From a bacterium (GTDB lineage: Bacteria; Bdellovibrionota_C; UBA2361; RFPC01), in contig RFPC01000005.1 of the NCBI GenBank assembly GCA_009926305.1, positions 7,649-71,648 of the forward strand: 64,000 bases of DNA, in the 5' to 3' direction. How positions within the stretch are numbered: position 1 is the first letter of the stretch; the number at the start of each line of letters is the position of its first letter. A program made the position numbers and the translations under genes. Shown here piece by piece: positions 59,426 to 64,000 of this stretch. The notes beneath the pieces were generated by a model, which saw only the letters and a program-made list of their open reading frames with translations, did no database searches and had not been told where the DNA came from.

Positions 59426-60322
59426 GACTAACTTTATAGGAGCAGCTTCTCGAACTTCTGGCCGATGTTCATTTGAGGACGCGTCGTCAAATTCGGAACT
59501 AAAAACCATAGACGCCAGAGTATCAGCGACCTTGGTTTCTTCATCCTCTTTCTTCAACGAAACAAGAATCTCGCTCTCCTCTTGGTGCACTAACAAAACT
59601 TGTCGTTTCGACAACTCGAGTAAGGCGATGAACGTCCCCACTACGTACGCTCGTTGTAAACGCTCAGATTTTGCCGTCCCTAAAACGAGCGACTCAAAAC
59701 TCATTGGTGAACTTGCTGTCTTTAACAGCTCCAAAACTCCCATCATCTGGTCTACAATCGAGACACTATCGAGAGTAATTTGATAACGCACCTCCTCTTC
59801 GCCCGCTTTTTCAAGCAATTTCTTGAACGCAACTCCGAGTAAATACGGGTCATGGACTCGATACGATTCTTGCGGCACCGGGAACTCTTGAAGGGTAGAA
59901 ATTGGAGCAAATACTTCCCTGTTCAATACGGGCCTGTCGTTCAGCAGCGCTGCACCATCTAAATAAATAGCAGCTTCTTTTAATCGAAGAAGCAGCTCTT
60001 CATGAGGATCAACTAAGTTGCCTTCATCATCCAGCTCTAACTCTACAGGCTCCTGGAGTAACACCGCTGATTTAATGGAGAGCAATGTAGAGGCAATGAC
60101 AAGATATTCTCCTGCTATCTCAAGGTCTACGGAACGCATCTTCTCAAGGCATGCCACGTACTGGTCTGCAACGTAAGCGAGAGAGATCTTCTCAATCTCC
60201 ATCTCGTTCTTTTTCACGAGATGAAGCAGTAAGTCTATGGGGCCAAGGAAGTGGTCGAGTTCAACCGTAAATAGCGGATCAGTGGAAACCGCTTCTGTTG
60301 ATACCGCCTTCATTGCTTGCAT
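59408..60322 (-). CDS. scpA: Segregation and condensation protein A (kleisin)
   Basis: LDHFLGPIDLLLHLVKKNEMEIEKISLAYVADQY N-terminal ScpA signature. Start set at the internal ATG (MQAMKAV) because the longer ORF runs into an upstream repeat array. Confidence 0.85.
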   Translation of the reverse strand: MQAMKAVSTEAVSTDPLFTVELDHFLGPIDLLLHLVKKNEMEIEKISLAYVADQYVACLEKMRSVDLEIAGEYLVIASTLLSIKSAVLLQEPVELELDDEGNLVDPHEELLLRLKEAAIYLDGAALLNDRPVLNREVFAPISTLQEFPVPQESYRVHDPYLLGVAFKKLLEKAGEEEVRYQITLDSVSIVDQMMGVLELLKTASSPMSFESLVLGTAKSERLQRAYVVGTFIALLELSKRQVLLVHQEESEILVSLKKEDEETKVADTLASMVFSSEFDDASSNEHRPEVREAAPIKLVVGSDT

Positions 60323-60467
60323 ATCGGGAACCCTCTCTCCTTGGTGGTATCCCGTGGAAGGGGTGTATCGAGTAGAATCTTCAGTTGTATTCAAATTATC
60401 TTCCTCTAGAGGATCTCCCTCTTTTTTACTTCGTACGAGATTCAATTGAAAGTCCAGGCACATTGCA

Positions 60468-60537
60468 TGTGCCAAAGGTCACTGCACAAGCCAAAGGTCA
60501 TTGCACGTGCCAAAAGTCACTGCACAAGCCGACAGTC
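60468..60537. repeat. Tandem 19-bp repeat (gccaaaggtcactgcacaa) x3.5 upstream of scpA
   Basis: Direct repeats sharing a tcactgc core with the 59358 array. Confidence 0.85.
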
Positions 60538-60753
60538 TTTCGCATCTTCCAGACGAGCCAACACTATAACGTTCCGAGCTGCGACTGCTCACAACCCGTG
60601 AAACCCGCCACATTACTCCTACAGCTTTAACCTACTTTAACCAGCAAATTATTCAAATCAAAAGTCGGCACGAAGACCCTCTGCACGCCATGTTATAGAA
60701 CGTTGTTTTGCCTGTCCAGTGCTTCAACTACCCAGTGTCTCAACCGAGTTGCC

Positions 60754-61536
60754 TCAGGAGGGCGTTTTTCCAATCTGTGAACGGTACGCCGCCAAAAACA
60801 CTGCTGCGGCCTGCGATACATTCAACGAGTCAATCCTCCCGAACATAGGGATTTTCAACAAAAGATCGGCTTCTTTTTGAATGAGAGGCTGCACACCCTT
60901 TCCTTCACTCCCAAGCACCAGAACCACCTTTCCTGGAAGTTCCACTTCATGAATAGACTGCGCCTCACTCCCAACTGCTGCAACACACACCCAAAATCCA
61001 GACTTCTTTAACTCCGCGAGAGCGTTACGGAGGTTTGACACAGGACAGAGGGAAAGCAGTTCACTTGCTCCCGCGCTCACCTTGGTGACTGCTGGGGTAA
61101 TCGAGACTCCCCGATTCCGAGACCACATAACAGCATCTGCTCCAAAGCACTCACTCGCTCGCAAAATGCTGCCCAAATTCTGGGGATCATACAACTCATC
61201 AACAGCCACGACTAGAGCCGTTTCAGCATCATTCAGCCGTTCAATGATAGCAGGAAGTTCTTGATAACTTCGCTCAGAGACCCTTGCTATTACGCCCTGG
61301 TGACTGACCCCCTCAACGAGCTCAGACAACTTCCTCCGCTCTAATACGTGAACAGCAATGTTACCCGAACGAGCATTTTGAACGAGAGCAGGATGCGCCT
61401 TTTCATTCTCAATAAACACCTCAAGCACTCTTCCTGGAGCATGCAGAAGCAACTCGTTGCAGGCATTCACCCCGACTACCAGGTTATTTGCTCTTCCATG
61501 AAGCGACTTATTCTCTCTGCTACGTTTCTTACTCAA
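60754..61536 (-). CDS. rlmB: TrmH/SpoU-family 23S rRNA 2'-O-methyltransferase (RlmB-like)
   Basis: N-terminal substrate-binding domain and C-terminal SPOUT motifs (LVLGSEGKGV...NVSQAAAV). Confidence 0.78.
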   Translation of the reverse strand: MSKKRSRENKSLHGRANNLVVGVNACNELLLHAPGRVLEVFIENEKAHPALVQNARSGNIAVHVLERRKLSELVEGVSHQGVIARVSERSYQELPAIIERLNDAETALVVAVDELYDPQNLGSILRASECFGADAVMWSRNRGVSITPAVTKVSAGASELLSLCPVSNLRNALAELKKSGFWVCVAAVGSEAQSIHEVELPGKVVLVLGSEGKGVQPLIQKEADLLLKIPMFGRIDSLNVSQAAAVFLAAYRSQIGKTPS

Positions 61537-61581
61537 ATAAACTCCATTCTCGGAGAGAACAGGATAAAAGCGCCAAGCTGG

Positions 61582-62871
61582 CTACCTTCGGACTGAGTAG
61601 TCTCGTACCGTCCCCTTCGCCTCAACTGCACTGTTTAGTCGCTTTAAGGCCGAAATGTAGGCACACGTTCTCAGGTCCGTTCTATGTTCCTTCTGCAATT
61701 CGATAACTTCAGCTGATGCCTTATCGATGATCTGCTTGAGTTTCTTTTGCACCTCTTCCTCTTCCCAGTACAATCCTTGTCGATTCTGAACCCATTCGAA
61801 ATAACTCACCGTCACACCACCGGCATTGGCCAAAATATCTGGGAGAACATGAATCCCGTTTTCGAAAAGAATCTCATCTGCCTCTGGAGTCGTTGGTCCA
61901 TTCGCTAACTCAACGATTATTTTCGCTTTGATGCGCGAGGCATTCTCTTTCGTAATAACATTTTCAAGGGCTGCTGGTGCAAGAATATCTACATCGAGCT
62001 CAAGCAGTTCCTCGTTCGTTAGTCGAGTATGGTCGACTGGATCACATACAGAGCCCTGGCAATATACCGCCTCTAAGTTCCGCGTTTCCCTCTTTACTTT
62101 GTAAACACTGACGGGGTCTAGCCCTTCTTCTTTATAAATAGCACCCTTTGAGTCTGAAACTGCTACAATCTTGTGCCCTGCCTCGTGTGCAAGCCTTGCA
62201 AAGTGATAGCCCACATTTCCAAACCCCTGAACGGCTATTCGCAACTGCTTGCCTGATGCTCCTAGAGTATCACGCACTGCTTCCATGCAATAAAATCCAC
62301 CTCTTCCTGTGGCATCTTCTCGTCCAAGCGATCCTCCAAGTGCAATCGGCTTTCCCGTAATGATAGACGGTGTGTACGCTCTTCGAATATTTGAATATTC
62401 ATCAACCATCCACCCCATAATCATACTGTTGGTGTAAACATCTGGAGCTGGGATATCAACATCAGGACCTATGAAGTCAGCGATAGCTGACATATATCCG
62501 CGTGACAAACGCTCGGTTTCTAAAAGCGACAACTCTTTCGGATTCACTGTTACTCCACCCTTACCGCCTCCGTATGGAATTCCAACCACGGCGCACTTGA
62601 ACGTCATCCAAAATGCGAGTGAGCTTACCTCATCTAGATTAACGTCTGGGTGAAAACGAATACCTCCTTTCGAAGGTCCCAACAGGTCATTATACCGCAC
62701 TCGGTATCCCTGAAAGACTTTTAAGCTTCCATCATCCATTCGAACGGGAATCGAAACACTGAGACTTGCCTTGGGAGAACGAAGTCGTTGTTCCGACTCT
62801 ATATCAATCTTGTAAAAACCAAGTGCTTTATCCAACTGACGAATAGCTTGTTCAAAGGTTGAGTCTGCCAT
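61582..62871 (-). CDS. gdhA: Glutamate dehydrogenase
   Basis: GPSKGGIRFHP and GIPYGGGKGG catalytic motifs plus a C-terminal GxGxVG Rossmann, 429 aa. Confidence 0.9.
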   Translation of the reverse strand: MADSTFEQAIRQLDKALGFYKIDIESEQRLRSPKASLSVSIPVRMDDGSLKVFQGYRVRYNDLLGPSKGGIRFHPDVNLDEVSSLAFWMTFKCAVVGIPYGGGKGGVTVNPKELSLLETERLSRGYMSAIADFIGPDVDIPAPDVYTNSMIMGWMVDEYSNIRRAYTPSIITGKPIALGGSLGREDATGRGGFYCMEAVRDTLGASGKQLRIAVQGFGNVGYHFARLAHEAGHKIVAVSDSKGAIYKEEGLDPVSVYKVKRETRNLEAVYCQGSVCDPVDHTRLTNEELLELDVDILAPAALENVITKENASRIKAKIIVELANGPTTPEADEILFENGIHVLPDILANAGGVTVSYFEWVQNRQGLYWEEEEVQKKLKQIIDKASAEVIELQKEHRTDLRTCAYISALKRLNSAVEAKGTVRDYSVRR

Positions 62872-62894
62872 GTAGTTTCTCCTGTAAATCCCCC

Positions 62895-63995
62895 TTACGG
62901 CTCCGGCTGAAGCCCATTCCCAAACTCCTGTGAAACCTCACAAAGTCGAGCATTTTTCGCAACTGAAAAGTAGCACCCCACGAGCTGAGCAACATATTTT
63001 TCAGGGCTAAGCGCTGCTTGAACCTCCGATATGACCGCATCCCTCAGCGTTGGCGATACCTTCAGCGAAAGCAGCGATTGTATGCCCCGTTGGATATCAT
63101 CCACCGAGTGGGGATTGCAAGTCTCCAAAAGCTCCTGGCTTACCCGTAAGGAGCCCATTACCAAGCCAACGGATGTGAGCACAGGCGTCCCCTGAGAGAG
63201 GCTTTCGTAGATGGGGTAACCAAACCCTTCAGCTAACGAAGGGAAAAGTGTCACAGATGCCTCCCGATACAGTGCGCAGAGCGTATCATTATCCGGGTGA
63301 TGATGGATTGTTACTTTGCTTCCCTCTATTCCACTAGAACGAATCTGTTCAGAAATGATTGATTCAGCATGGCTATTGGCAAGCACAACGTGAAGCTCCG
63401 CACCCGTTTGGAATTTCTTGTACGCCTGAAGTATGCGGGGAAAGTTTTTTCTTGGGTCTAAACTTCCGAAAGCGAGGAGTATATCCTCGCGCTCACATGA
63501 TTCAGATTGTTCCAAGTCACTACGAGTCCGAAAATGTTCGGCTAGCGGGGGATGAATAACAGTCACTACTTTCGGAACCGGATAGAGTTCTCGCAATTGA
63601 TGAGTGGTATCTTCTAAGTCAGTCACTACGGCTGCAAGCTTTCTCCTTCCAAAAAGGAGTCTAAACATCATTCGATAAAATCGAGCTTTTGCTTTTGCTA
63701 TGAGTCCACGCGGGGCGGAAGGCGGAAATGCCTGGAAAAGATCATGCAAGGTAACAATATTTGTATCACCGCCACCAAAAAGCGGAATTACATTGCTGAA
63801 ACCGTGAAAGATGCCGCTAAAGCGGCCAAGATAAAAAATATCTTGCAGATGACCGAGATAGCGAAGCCCAAGTGGGTTCTTCAGCCATACGAATTCAATT
63901 TTTGATGAGGCTTCTCCTAAGATCAGCTCGAGACGCTCCGCTAACTCTTCATTCCCTGCCCCGATAACACGAACCGCACATCCTTCTGTTAACAC
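62895..63995 (-). CDS. GT4-family glycosyltransferase (N-terminus at or just beyond the window edge)
   Basis: EGFGYPIYESLSQGTPVL nucleotide-sugar-binding motif. GTG start 5 nt from the window end with no upstream in-frame stop in view. Confidence 0.75.
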   Translation of the reverse strand: MLTEGCAVRVIGAGNEELAERLELILGEASSKIEFVWLKNPLGLRYLGHLQDIFYLGRFSGIFHGFSNVIPLFGGGDTNIVTLHDLFQAFPPSAPRGLIAKAKARFYRMMFRLLFGRRKLAAVVTDLEDTTHQLRELYPVPKVVTVIHPPLAEHFRTRSDLEQSESCEREDILLAFGSLDPRKNFPRILQAYKKFQTGAELHVVLANSHAESIISEQIRSSGIEGSKVTIHHHPDNDTLCALYREASVTLFPSLAEGFGYPIYESLSQGTPVLTSVGLVMGSLRVSQELLETCNPHSVDDIQRGIQSLLSLKVSPTLRDAVISEVQAALSPEKYVAQLVGCYFSVAKNARLCEVSQEFGNGLQPEP

Positions 63996-64000
63996 TCGCT

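Noticed and set aside
59136-59783. 215-aa plus-strand ORF (SLPNHVSLPNHV repeats) antisense to scpA
   Set aside because: Repeat-derived and antisense to a well-supported scpA CDS.

Overview
This 64 kb bacterial chromosomal window (about 50% GC by eye) is densely coding and mostly housekeeping or metabolic, with one accessory-looking block at roughly 28.4-39.8 kb. The gene-by-gene calls are in the features list; the main points are below.

- **Housekeeping and metabolism:** a 5'-partial PBP1A, msrA, a sulfur/Fe-S trio (SufE-like, rhodanese, Tat-exported HiPIP), htrA, map, a PPTase, a two-gene biotin-dependent acyl-CoA carboxylase, and split proline utilisation (monofunctional PRODH plus P5C dehydrogenase). 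Also present are a hybrid histidine kinase overlapping an HDOD-GAF protein, fpr, trmL, rdgB, rng, mreB, comEC, uvrC/uvrB, Leu/Val dehydrogenase, an ALDH7-type dehydrogenase, an initiator tRNA-fMet, rluB, scpB/scpA, rlmB, gdhA and a GT4 glycosyltransferase.
- **Partial type III secretion locus:** the minus strand at 30.9-36.2 kb carries SctJ (lipoprotein ring), a SpoA-domain SctQ-like protein, SctR, SctS and SctT, a 4-TM protein where SctU would be expected, and a TPR class-II-type chaperone. No SctV, SctN, SctC or needle genes are in view.
- **FHA/receiver module:** two translationally coupled FHA proteins sit immediately upstream of SctJ. One has three FHA domains and a C-terminal TM tail anchor; the other is zinc-ribbon, acidic linker, then FHA. 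A third standalone FHA protein and a CheY-like receiver lie just beyond them.
- **Sigma factor pair:** two divergent FliA/group-3-like sigma factors flank the other side of the locus. One has a translationally coupled 99-aa upstream ORF, a possible anti-sigma.
- **Taxonomic inference (low confidence):** this gene order and the FHA association resemble the split injectisome loci of Chlamydiae/PVC-type organisms.
- **Tandem repeats:** at least six independent 15-24 bp intergenic direct-repeat arrays occur in the window. Several sit in promoter or leader regions, and several create spurious repeat-derived ORFs.
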